Shown piece by piece: positions 21,518 to 32,200 of a stretch of 64,000 nucleotides of DNA (the first letter of the stretch is position 1; every line of letters starts with the position of its first letter). Position numbers and translations under genes: made by a program. The stretch comes from Naegleria gruberi (taxonomy: Eukaryota), in NCBI GenBank assembly GCA_000004985.1, contig GG738861.1; one strand, written 5' to 3'. The notes under the pieces are model-generated. The model saw only the letters and a list, made by a program, of their open reading frames with translations. It was not told where the DNA came from and did not search any database.

Positions 21518-22258
21518 ATGCCAAAAACACCAAAGAAGACGCCAAAGAAAAAGTCAAAAACTGCTGCAGAAGTCACTTCATCATCTTTAACGGAAGAAAC
21601 TTTAACAATACCGAATGATCATTTGACTAGTACTGTGGTGGTGGGATCAATGACAAAAACAAAGAGAAAACCAAAAACGCCAAAACCAAAAACACCTAGG
21701 AAAAAGGTTGCACCAAAGAATGAAAATCGAGAATTGTTGGATAGTGATTCGGAATCGGAGGTGGTTGATGGATCATCTAGTAAAATATCATCAAAGGATG
21801 CTAAAAAATTGGAGGCCATGAGAGCTAGAATGGACCTTTTGGAAAGAGACAATTATATTGGAACTGGAGGACGTACCTTTAGTGTGAATTTTGATGATAA
21901 TGAAGAGTGGAACAATACAGAGGTAATTTCTTCTCCAAAGAAGGGAGGAACAAAACGAAAGAAGAAGGATGATGATGATGAACCAAATTCAAAAAAGAAG
22001 AAAACTGAGACTGGAAAAAAGTCACGTTCAGTCAAATTTACCAGAAGAAAATTTGATCAAGTTCTGAAAATGGATAAGATTGAATCCTCTTCAAGTCCAA
22101 ATTATTTCACAATACTTTCTCAACCATCGATTTTACCTCAAAGAAAATTCTGTTCCATTACTGGATTCAAAGCTAATTATACATGCCCACACAGTGGAGC
22201 TCATTATTTGAGCGTGGAGGCCTATGGTCACGTGAAAAAGAACTATCAACTTGAATAG
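21518..22258 (+). CDS. YL1_C-domain protein (INO80 complex Ies6 / INO80C-like), basic K/P-rich N-terminus, 246 aa
   Basis: C-terminal FCSITGFKANYTCPHSGAHYLSVEAYGHVKKNY matches the YL1 C-terminal domain pattern (C-I/A-ITG-x-A-x-Y-x-P-x-S/TG-x-Y). Lysine/proline-rich N-terminal half. Confidence 0.6.
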   Translation: MPKTPKKTPKKKSKTAAEVTSSSLTEETLTIPNDHLTSTVVVGSMTKTKRKPKTPKPKTPRKKVAPKNENRELLDSDSESEVVDGSSSKISSKDAKKLEAMRARMDLLERDNYIGTGGRTFSVNFDDNEEWNNTEVISSPKKGGTKRKKKDDDDEPNSKKKKTETGKKSRSVKFTRRKFDQVLKMDKIESSSSPNYFTILSQPSILPQRKFCSITGFKANYTCPHSGAHYLSVEAYGHVKKNYQLE

Positions 22259-22349
22259 GTTTTCACCAGCAGCTCAGTATTCATCTAAGCAACATTTTCA
22301 CACGATAAGAATTTTCGCCCCTATAGCCGAGTGTAATAACAAAGATATT

Positions 22350-24972
22350 TTATCTTCTTCTGTTGTTTGTTGGTTTGCTTTCAGCAAGTTTTGCCTCAAG
22401 TTCTTGTTTCTCCTTATCCTTGTCTTCCTTGGTCTTCTTCCTGTATTTGAGTGGAAGTTTTTGAGTGAATTGTTTCATCTTCAAGTCATCTTGTTTGTAA
22501 ATTGGATCAATTTTGGAAAGTGGTGAAATGAATTCCTCCAACTCTATAGGGCGTTCAATGATTTTTTTAAGCCTTCTTTCATTCAATACAGAATCGCAAA
22601 TAAGTTTGATATTGGAAACTGTATAGTTGGTTGCAATATGTGCAAGAGTGTGCAAATCAAAATCTTCCCTCAATGGTTTACCAATTCTCTCCTCGATAAA
22701 TGCTTTCCAAATCATTCTGTATGATGCATAATCTGGTAAGGTTGTATAGACCATCTTATCAAAGAATTCATCGAAAAGGGCTGGATCAGCATCCCAAGGT
22801 TCATCCATAGATCCAACAATAAGAATTCTGTCCTCAGGAGCCAGTGCCTTCATTTGAGTGACGAGTGGCTTTCTGAATCTCTTCATGTTTGGTTTAGTTT
22901 TACCCTTACCCTTTCCCTTAATCACTGTGTCAAAATCATCGATATAGATAATGGCAGGTTGCATTTCCTTGGCAACACGGAATATTTTTGCAATCATTGT
23001 AGTGGTCTCGCTCTGTTCGGTATTAATGTTTTGTGTAATTGCAGGTGACAAATCAAAGAATAAAGCTCCCAACTCGTGAGCGATTGAGTGTACCAAGCTT
23101 GTCTTGCCTGTTCCCTTATGTCCATAGAACATGACCGATCTTAAAAGTGGTGCTAACTTGTGAACATTTGGAGTAGACATGTACAAGACAATTTCCTTGC
23201 AAAAGTTTCGTATTTGGAAAATAGAAGGTTCTTCCCACTCAAGAATAGAACCTATCAATCTATTTTCTCCAATGTAAGAATCGAGCTTTTTAGGTGGAAC
23301 CTTATTAATAATGCCTAGAGAAGCAAGCTCAGAGAAGAAGGCTTCAGAGTTTGGCACCTTAACAGGTTCTTTTTCAGGTTTCGTTGGTTGAGGTTTTCCA
23401 GGCTTAGTTTCCCTCTTTGGAGGGTTTTCACTTTCCAATTGCATTCTGATATTTTCCAATTCTTCACGAATTTGTTTGTCAACCTTTTTTCTTATTTCCT
23501 CCTCAATACCAGAATCACCCTCCATCAACTCTTTTCTCAAAAGTAAAGGATCATATTTTTGATCAAAATCGAGTGATGAATATCTATCTCTCCACTTTTC
23601 CACAAATGATTTCAAAATATTTGCAATATTGGCAATAAACTTCGATTCGTCCTTAAATTTTGGTTCCTCTTCAACAGGTCCCTCTTTTCCTTTTGTTGGT
23701 GGTTTTGGCTTTGGTTTTGGAGGAGCTTTTTGATTTCCTTTTGGTTTTGGTTGATTGGCTTGCTGCTTTTGTTCTTGGAGAAGTTTCTTTTGTTCCTCAG
23801 TGGCATTCATAATGTTTTGCATGAAAGCTTTAGAACCTCCTTCAGCCTCAGAAGGAAAACTTGGTATTCCTCCATCACCTTCTTGTCTGTACAATAGGAT
23901 TTGTTCCATTAAAGCATCATGCATCTCTTCCATCATATGAGGACCTTCATCTTCAAGAATTTTAGCTCTCAATCTAACTCTTTGTTCCTCCAATTCTCTC
24001 TTATTGTCTGCTTGTTTGATTTTTCTCTTGGCCCTTCCCAAATTTTCAGCATTTACAATTTTAACTTCTCGGGTTTCTTCATATTCAATGGTTGGTGAAG
24101 AGTCCTCAACTGAAACATCCTTAGCTTTCTTTTTTGTTTGTTTTGGTTCCTCAGTTGACATTCCAATAAATTTTGCTTCCTCTTGCTTTTCCCTAGCAAC
24201 TCTCTTTCTCCAATAATAACCACGAAAAACTTTTTGAATTTTGACGGCAGCTTCATCTATCAAAGATTCAGATTCTTCCTTTTTTTGATGTTGTTTTCTT
24301 TCTTCTGAGAGTTTTTGGTCATACTTGCTTCTTGCCAACTTTCTTCCCTGTCTTGCTCTTTCATTGGTTTGGATGATGAGGATGGCTTGATTTATAGTCA
24401 TGGCTGGTTGAGATTTCTTTGTATCGATAACTGGCTCACTTCTATAATCACCATTTGAGTTTGGTCTTTTTCTCAAAACATCCAACAAGATTTCTCTTCT
24501 CCTTTTTTCCTTATCATTATCTTCAATGATGAAATGAGGAGTTCTTAATTCGAGGGCAGTCGGATCCAATTTCAAATCAATTAATACATCATCAAATTCA
24601 CTGTACTCCCCGAGTAGCGTATTTACAAGGGCTTTAACTTCAAGTATTCTTCCCATAACATGTTCCAAAACAACCTTCAGGTCTTCTCTTTTTTGAGGTT
24701 GAAGGAGTTGATCATAACATTCCTAATGATGACGATTGATTGGTTATCACAACTATAATACTATTATCGAAATACCATACCTCTAACTTGTTGTATAGAT
24801 TAATATATTTTACATAGAGAGACTGGTAGTGCTGATTAAATACATGTTGTTGCTCGATAGGATTTTTTGGAAGATTGGCTTTTGATGATACCTGAGTTTC
24901 TCCAATTAAAATCAAGTCTCTCAATTCTACAAGCACTTCCGAGAGTTGTCCCTCATAATAATTGTTTGACAT
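22350..24972 (-). CDS. IQCA1: IQ-motif + AAA ATPase domain protein (IQCA1 / dynein regulatory complex DRC11-like), 2 exons approx 24781..24972 and 22350..24722 (~855 aa)
   Basis: Track ORF 22350..24668 starts at TTG. It extends upstream in frame to the acceptor cattag|GAATGT and joins ORF 24712..24972 (true ATG) via a GTATGG...TAG intron (24723..24780, 58 nt, phase 0). IQ motif IQKVFRGYYWRKRVAREKQ. AAA Walker A GHKGTGKTSLVHSIAHE. Long E/K-rich coiled region. Confidence 0.75.
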
Positions 24973-25065
24973 TCTTTATTTTTTAAATTCTGTAACTTTT
25001 GTTGGCGCCAATTAAACTCATTCTCCATCAAATTGATGAAATAGGAGAATAAATTCAATTAAAAA

Positions 25066-25770
25066 ATGCAACAACATGTGGCATCAGCACCTAGAATTGT
25101 GATGGGCATATTCACAGTATTTGCTGGTGTTCTGTATGGCCACACCGGATTTGATGTTTTTATCAATGGATATAAATCTAAAAATTGGAAACAAACAATC
25201 GGAACTGTTGTTCAAGAGGAAGGTGAAACTTATAACCCATACGATCCGAACAAACTGATAGTGCCAACAATTCAATATAATGCCGATCAAAAGGTGTTAG
25301 ATCCAGATACCAATCAACAAGTAACAATTCATAGACAATTTATCAATAGAAATTATTCATATTCTTTTTTCGGATTATCGAGGAAAGATGTGAAGGAATT
25401 GAAATTGACCGATCACCTCATACCAAATACTAAAGTTAAACTTTTCTATGATCCACAAGATCCAAAGGAAAGTGTAGTAGTTCCAGGAATGTCATATGGT
25501 ACTTTACAAACAAGTGCTTTGGGAATTGGTTGCATACTTTCAGGATTGACTTTTGGATTGGCTAAGGAGGATATTTTGAGTTGGAGTGGATTAAGGAAAA
25601 ACAAATTGGCAGGTGGAATTTTTGGATTTTCAATGTTGCTAATGCTATCGAGTTTCTCAATTCCAGTATTTGTGAAACGACAAGTTTTTGAGGGTACTGA
25701 AGAAGAGAGAAAAGCTAGGTGGATAGATCCATACATTGTAAAGGCAGAAGAGACTTCCAGTAATAAGTAA
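25066..25770 (+). CDS. Hypothetical membrane protein (N-terminal TM plus C-terminal TM pair), 234 aa
   Basis: True ATG. Hydrophobic segments IVMGIFTVFAGVLYG, LGIGCILSGLTFGL, GGIFGFSMLLMLSSFSIPVFV. Confidence 0.45.
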   Translation: MQQHVASAPRIVMGIFTVFAGVLYGHTGFDVFINGYKSKNWKQTIGTVVQEEGETYNPYDPNKLIVPTIQYNADQKVLDPDTNQQVTIHRQFINRNYSYSFFGLSRKDVKELKLTDHLIPNTKVKLFYDPQDPKESVVVPGMSYGTLQTSALGIGCILSGLTFGLAKEDILSWSGLRKNKLAGGIFGFSMLLMLSSFSIPVFVKRQVFEGTEEERKARWIDPYIVKAEETSSNK

Positions 25771-25857
25771 GACAATTCATATAATCAACACTGGTTACTT
25801 CAATTTTGTAAAAGGCTTGTAAATTAATTCAGTTATAAAAATTCAATTTAAAACAAA

Positions 25858-27216
25858 ATGCCTTCAAGTGGAAGTCTCTTTCGCACAGTGAAAAACAATT
25901 TTTGTAGTAACATTGCAAAACAACACTACCAAGGCAGTAGAAATATTCTGAAAAAACGCTCACAAGGTTCCGATTATTATCAATCTTGGAGATTTTATTC
26001 TACTACCACTAGAACTTTATCGGAATTAAATAATAATGTACAACAAGAGAATGAAATTTATGTTTGGGGATCAATAGGAGAACAATCCATCCCTAAACCA
26101 ATTAGAGTTTTCGAAAATAATCCAGAGAAGAATCGAGTGTTTTTTGATGGTCAAAAGATTGTTGATGTGGCCTGTGGATCGGAACATGTATTATTCTTGA
26201 GTGAGAGTGGAATGTTATATGCATTAGGAGGGAATCAGTATGGTCAATGTGGAAAGAGTCCTAGTTCGGAACAATTTGTACGAGAACCAACTAGAATTAA
26301 AGTTGTGGATGAATCCAACCAGGAAATGACATTCAAATCGATATTTTGTGGAAGAGATTCAAATTATGCAATCAGTAGTGATGGAACAAGCCTTTGTGTA
26401 TTTGGATTAAATGATACTGCTCAGTTAGGATTGGGATTTAGTAAGATTGGATTTTCGTATGTTCCTAGATTTGTTAAATTGCCAAAATCCAATGAGGACG
26501 ACCAACCAAGAATTATGAATGTTTATTGCGGATCTAGGCACATGTTTATTAGGTGTAAATATGAACAATCTAATGTTGAGAAACTATTTTGTTGGGGTGG
26601 AAATCAGTTTGGTCAATTGGGATTAGGTCACTTATTTAATCAGAATGATATTGTACAGATGCAATTGCCAACAGACCTAAAAGTGCCAGAAACTAGCATT
26701 TCCAGTGGAATGTCGCACACAATAGCATATTCACAGAGTAAGGCTTTCAGTGTTGGAAGAGGAACAGAGGGTCAACTTGGATTTACTGCTAAACAAGCAC
26801 CAATGTGGAGAGAAATTTCAGATCTCTCAGGACTCCATATTAAGCATATAATAAGTGGAGTGAATCATAACATGGCAAATGTGAGCTCAGAAAAACTGGG
26901 CGGTGAACAAATAATTGGTTGGGGAACAAACATTTTCTATGGATCTCAATGCACTCCAGAAATTATTGACATTCCTTCGTATGGAAAATTTGCACCAAAA
27001 AATTCAATTGACTTGATGACAAGTGGTTTATTTCATTCATTGTTGAGAGTGGATGGAGAGAAACTGTATGCTATTGGAAATGGTCAAAGCTTTCAGTTGG
27101 GACAAAATGAACGAAGCAACTCTGAATCTAAGCTAGTTCAAGTACTGCATCCAAATGTTAGAGGAATAAGAAAAATAGCCTCTGGATTTTCACTAAATAT
27201 TACCATTGGTGAATAA
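25858..27216 (+). CDS. RCC1-repeat (beta-propeller) protein with mitochondrial-presequence-like N-terminus (RCC1L/WBSCR16-like?), 452 aa
   Basis: At least five RCC1-like repeats (VWGSIGEQ, GGNQYGQCGKS, FGLNDTAQLGLG, WGGNQFGQLGLGH, GRGTEGQLGF). N-terminus is rich in R/K/S and has no acidic residues (MPSSGSLFRTVKNNFCSNIAKQHYQGSRNILKKRSQ). Confidence 0.75.
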   Translation: MPSSGSLFRTVKNNFCSNIAKQHYQGSRNILKKRSQGSDYYQSWRFYSTTTRTLSELNNNVQQENEIYVWGSIGEQSIPKPIRVFENNPEKNRVFFDGQKIVDVACGSEHVLFLSESGMLYALGGNQYGQCGKSPSSEQFVREPTRIKVVDESNQEMTFKSIFCGRDSNYAISSDGTSLCVFGLNDTAQLGLGFSKIGFSYVPRFVKLPKSNEDDQPRIMNVYCGSRHMFIRCKYEQSNVEKLFCWGGNQFGQLGLGHLFNQNDIVQMQLPTDLKVPETSISSGMSHTIAYSQSKAFSVGRGTEGQLGFTAKQAPMWREISDLSGLHIKHIISGVNHNMANVSSEKLGGEQIIGWGTNIFYGSQCTPEIIDIPSYGKFAPKNSIDLMTSGLFHSLLRVDGEKLYAIGNGQSFQLGQNERSNSESKLVQVLHPNVRGIRKIASGFSLNITIGE

Positions 27217-27255
27217 ATAATTAATTCTTTAATTTTAAAAGATTTCAAATTAAAA

Positions 27256-27501
27256 ATGAGTAAACGAAAAATTGCGAATGAATCACGAACACTGCTCGAG
27301 TCTGCCAAAGATTACTTCCGAGAGATTTTCAAAGGAGACTGGCTCCGACCAAATAATTCCAATCTTTCTTTATTAACTCCACAACAACGTATTGAACAAC
27401 GAGAATTTACAAGAAAAAGACTTACATGGATGGTTTGGGGAATTTTGGGATGTGCTGCATTTGGAGCTCCTCTAGCAAAAAGATGTATGTATAATATTTA
27501 A
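27256..27501 (+). CDS. Small tail-anchored protein candidate (81 aa)
   Basis: True ATG. Single C-terminal hydrophobic segment WMVWGILGCAAFGAPLA. No family recognised. A possible additional micro-gene or 3' exons follow at 27506..27726 (MIIGVTLLVYIDMGSDED | RLKYQSN...DDDEYEE via GTAAGT...TTTCAG). Confidence 0.35.
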   Translation: MSKRKIANESRTLLESAKDYFREIFKGDWLRPNNSNLSLLTPQQRIEQREFTRKRLTWMVWGILGCAAFGAPLAKRCMYNI

Positions 27502-27836
27502 AAAATGATTATAGGAGTGACACTTCTTGTCTATATAGATATGGGATCGGATGAAGATGTAAGTGTGTGGAAAATTATATAATTTATTTATTGATGATTA
27601 ATATTTCAGAGATTGAAATATCAAAGTAACACCCTCTTGTCAAAGGAAGAAAAAGATGTTGATAAATTGAAGGAAGAAATTGCACAACTCAAGAAACAAC
27701 TCGATGATGACGAGTATGAGGAATAATTTGAAACAGTTTCAAATTTCACTTTGTAAATAAATCAAGACTGACTTCCTTCAATTACTCGAACTAACGGAAA
27801 CTTTCCCCGCTCAAATTTAAAATCAAAAATAATAAA

Positions 27837-30800
27837 ATGCCACCAGTAAGTAAATCGTTCTCTCTCTGAAATAATTTTTACACCTTTGAAATTCTAGAAA
27901 CCTGCTCCGGGAACGCAAAAGATTACATCCTTCTTTTCTGTGAAGAAACCAACATCTTCATCAACAGATAAATCACCAAAAAAGCCCTCAGCAAGGTTTG
28001 TTATTTTAATTTAAATTTAAATTTACAATCAAATGCAGCAGTAGCAATGGCAATATTGAAAATCCAAACAAACGTAAAAGAGAGTCTGTCACCCTTGAAT
28101 TGAGTGATGATTCTGATGGATGTGCATCACCAATTCTTACCAGGTCTCAGAGAGCAGAACAAGTTAAATCTCCATCATCATCCACACCTTCCAAATCAAC
28201 AACAAGCACAACACCAACCAAATCTACACCAACTAAATCATCAGCATCTAAAACAACCACCAGTAGTACTAGCAGCAGTAGTAAATCAACCAAATCTACA
28301 CCAACTAAATCCACTGTCACACTCAAGAAGCAACCAACAAGTGTAAAAGATGAAGATTGGAGTGATGATGAAAGAGATTTTGGTAAAGACAAGATAGTGT
28401 TGAATAAGGCAACACCAACCAAGTCTCCAGTAGTAGCTCAAAAGAACACAAAGATTATATTGGATGATGATGCGCTCAGTAGTCAAGATGTTGTTTCATC
28501 CCCTTCCACTAAAAAGAGAAAGACTAGCTCTCCATTCACCAAATCGCCAAGAAAAGTCAAAGAAGAGGAAGTTGAGGAGAAACCTAAAACAACACCAAAG
28601 AAGGAGGTTAAAAAAGAGGAAAAGAAAAAAAAGAATGATGACGACGATGAAGAGAAACCAGCCGAAACCAAAAAGAGAAACTTTTATGATAAGACACAAC
28701 ATCAAAATCAGCAAAAAGCTAAAAATCATGGATGTAAAACTGTGCCTGTCGGAAAAGCAAATTGTCTCAAAGACAAATCTTTTGTTATTACTGGTCAAAT
28801 GGAATCACTCGATAGAGATGAAATGGAAGACCTCATTAAGCAATATGGAGGTGTGATTCGTGGAAATGTTTCTGGAAGAACCAGCTTTGTTGTAGTTGGT
28901 GATGGGCCTGGAGAAAGTAAAATGAAAAAAGTTAGAGAACACAAAACTAAGCAACTTTCAGAGGATGATTTGTTGGAAATGATTGCAAAATCAAACCCAA
29001 GTGGAAAAGATTCTATGGATGAAACAGATGATGATGTCAGTCCTCCACCACAAAAGTTTATTCCTCCTTCAAAACCAAACTCTGTTGGTGCTTCCACCAC
29101 TCAAGTTATCAAATCCAAAAATGCTGACGATCAACTTTGGGTTGAAAAGTACAAACCATCCACGTCTTCGCAAATTATTGGACATAATAAGGAATGTGGA
29201 CTTTTACTTAATTGGTTAAAGGAGTGGCATGCGAATCTTGACAAGGAAATTCAAGCTGCCTCAACGCAAACTAAGGGAAGAAAGAAAGCAGCAACTGAAT
29301 GGAAGAGAGCAGCCTTCCTATCTGGTCCTCCAGGTATTGGTAAATCAACTTCAGCAGCTCTAATTGCCAAGGAGGCTGGGTTTACAAATATTGTAGAATT
29401 GAATGCATCTGATAGTAGAAGCAAAAAGGCAATGAAGGAACAAATTGTAGAATCTTGTCTCTCCAATAATATTTCCAATTATTTCCAAAAGAAGGGTCAA
29501 CCAAAACCTAAAGATGACAAACAACGAACTATTGTTATCATGGACGAAGTTGATGGTATGTCGAGTGGTGATAGAGGTGGAGTTGTTGAGCTTGTTCAAA
29601 TTATCAAACAAACTCGTGTGCCTGTCATTTGTATTGCCAATGATAGATCTAAAATCTCCTTGAAAACTCTCATTACTCACTGTTTGGATCTCAAATTTAG
29701 CAGACCTAGCAAGGCTACAATTACCAAAAAATTATTGGAAGTCTGTAAGAAGGAAAATCTCAGCATTGACAATAATGCTTTGGAATATATGGTTGAATCT
29801 CTGAACAATGATATCAGAAGTGTGTTGAATAATCTCCAACTCATCAATAGATACAGTGCTAAAGATCATATTGGCTATTTAGACGCCAAGAGTAGTGACT
29901 TGACAAAAACCAGCTCAACAGACGGTATTTTTGATGTTGTAAAGGATGTACTTGGGCAAAACAGCAAAAAGTACAATGAAAGACTTGAAGACTTTTACTT
30001 TGATCCAATGCTTGTACCTCTGTTCGTTGAACAGAACTATATTAATATAAGGCCACCTGGAGATGATAAGGAGAGAATTCAAAGAATTTCATATGCATCT
30101 GATTCCATTTCTATGGGTGATATTGTTAATTCCAAGATTAGAAAGGAAATGTCATTTGGTCTCATGAATTCTCATGCATTCTACAGTACCATGTATCCTG
30201 CTTACTTTATTCGAGGTTCTTTCCAAGCATTGAGAGGTTATGACAAGTATTATCAATTCCCAGCCGTTTTGGGTAAAGGAAGTACAACAACAAAGAACTA
30301 TAATGCTCTTAAGACTATTCAAAAGACTACATCACTCAAAGCTAGTGCCGACACTTTGGAAATGTTAGACTACCTTCCACTTCTTTCTAAAACTCTTCTC
30401 AATCCTCTTTTGGGTGGAGACAAAGATGTTCAGGAAACAATTGAAGCAATGGATGAATATCAAATTTCTCGTGATGATTTAGAGTTTATGTGTGAATTAT
30501 CAACATTTAAGGGAAAGAATTCATCTGACCAAAATAAGGATTGGTTCTCTGAGATTGATACTAAAACCAAGACAGCTCTTACTAGACAATATAACAAAGC
30601 TCACAAGGGATTTAACAAGGTTAGTGCAGCAGCTGCCCTCTCAAAGGTTGAAGACGAGGAAAATCCTGAAGCAGAGGAAGAGGACGAAGAAGAAGATTTA
30701 AAGGCTGATAAGTTTGTTACCAAGATGAAGAATATTGCCAAACTTGAAGCATTTGAAAAGAAACGAGAAAAGGCTGAAAAAGCTGAAAAGAAGTCAACCA

Positions 30801-30916
30801 AAAAGACAACCAAGAAGGAGACAACAAAGAAAGAGTCAACCAAAAAAGAGTCAACTAGCAAAAAGGAAGTTAAAAAAGAGACTGAAAAAAAGCCACTTGT
30901 GCTTAAAAAGAAATAA
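27837..30916 (+). CDS. RFC1: Replication factor C large subunit (RFC1), 3 exons approx 27837..27845, 27898..27995, 28039..30916 (~995 aa). N-terminal PIP box encoded in the micro-exons
   Basis: Track ORF 28100..30916 begins at TTG; its frame stays open upstream to the acceptor AAATGCAG at 28037-38. Exon 1 is ATG CCA CCA | GTAAGT. Exon 2 encodes KPAPGTQKITSFFSVKKP... (Qxx[I]xx[F][F] PCNA-interacting motif) and ends AG|GTTTGT. BRCT domain (KSFVITGQMESLDRDEMEDLIKQYGG). AAA+ clamp-loader core (LSGPPGIGKST, IVIMDEVDG). K/E-rich C-terminus. Confidence 0.85.
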
Positions 30917-31123
30917 TTTATTAAGAGCTTGTGAAGATGTGAAATTTTCATAAATTCTATTAAACATTTAATTTTGCCTTATTGTATCACTATTTCCTTT
31001 TCTTTGAAACTGCTGTTCAATTCCTGCTTAAGCCAACACTAATTTTTTTAGCAAGCATCAAACAAATGTTTGGCTTTTTCAACCAGGAAAGAGGATTTAT
31101 TTTTAGACAACAATTAGAAAAAA

Positions 31124-31992
31124 ATGTATTTTGATACTCATAAACTTTTCCACGAGGATGCTCCAAAGCCAAACCAAAATGTTTTCCCATACGAACATTT
31201 AGTCATCAATGAAGATGCTAAGAAACATACACAGTATGTATTGTAATTTTGTATATTTTTCCTGATCGTAAAATCAATAATAATTAATTCATCATGATCT
31301 TGTTTGATGATGAATAACCTTGATACAACAATCCGAATAGAGACCCAATCGTTACTGGTACATCCATCTTGGGTATTAAATATAAAGGAGGAGTAATGTT
31401 GTGTTCTGATACTCTTGGATCATACGGTTCTCTTGCTAGATTCCGTTCTGTTGAAAGACTCAGAAAGGTTGGAAATAATACTCTTATCGGAGCTTCAGGC
31501 GAATACAGTGATTTCCAATATATTGTTGATTTATTAGAAAAATTAGTTGATAAGGATTTCTGTGCTGATGATAAGATTGAAACTCAACCAAAGGCAATTT
31601 TCCAATACTTGGTGCGTATTATGTATAACAGAAGAAACAAATTTAATCCATTGTGGAATACACTGATCGTTGCTGGTGTTAAAGATGGTAAATCATTCTT
31701 GGGTTATACTGATTTATTAGGATCAAACTTTGAGGATGACACTATGGCATCAGGTTATGGTGCTTATTTGGCCAAGCCAATTCTCAGAAAGTTCCTCGAT
31801 GAAAAGGGAGGAGATGTAAATAATATCACTGAACAAGAAGCCAAGGATGTTTTGGAAAAGTGTATGAAGGTTCTTTACTACAGAGATGCTAGAAGTATTA
31901 ACAAGATTCAAATTGCTACTGCCAACGAAACTGGACTCAATGTTACTGAACCTTACTCACTCCAAACAGAATGGGCTTTCAAAGGTTTTTAA
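31124..31992 (+). CDS. PSMB4: Proteasome subunit beta type-4 (beta7), 2 exons approx 31124..31233 and 31341..31992 (~253 aa)
   Basis: Strong match to the PSMB4 core (GGVMLCSDTLGSYGSLARFRSVERL...GASGEYSDFQYI...PLWNTLIVAG...GYGAYLA...RCMKVLYYRDARSINKIQIA). Track ORF starts at TTG. Upstream exon (MYFDTHKLFHEDAPKPNQNVFPYEHLVINEDAKKHTQ) joins via CA|GTATGT...AATAG|A (phase 2), giving ...TQDPIVTGTSILG, which parallels the animal propeptide/mature junction. Confidence 0.85.
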
Positions 31993-32200
31993 TTGTATAA
32001 ATCAAAAATAAATTTACAATTGTATTTTAGAGATCTTGGTTTACAATATTTTTAGGAGCGGAAAGAAATCCAAAGCATATGTCAAAATATTACTTTTTTT
32101 ATTTCGAAAGGAGCCCAGCTCAATATTTGGAGACAATTTGTAAAGAAAGGTATCAGCTTATTATTTTGCCAAAGCAACACAATAGGACAGCCTTAAAAAA

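Noticed and set aside
27506-27726. Possible 56-aa micro-gene (MIIGVTLLVYIDMGSDED | RLKYQSNTLLSKEEKDVDKLKEEIAQLKKQLDDDEYEE) spliced by GTAAGT...TTTCAG downstream of ORF 27256..27501
   Set aside because: I could not connect it in frame to the upstream 81-aa ORF, and it is too short to evaluate. It may be a 3' exon of an unrecognised model or a chance splice-like pattern. Not reported as a feature in its own right.
28104-29100. Multiple overlapping ORFs on both strands inside RFC1 (28104..28346, 28147..28422, 28464..28856, 28496..28798, 28795..29100)
   Set aside because: They lie within the K/E/S/T-rich low-complexity part of RFC1, where alternative frames and the antisense strand stay open by composition alone. 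No independent start context or domain signal. Treated as spurious.
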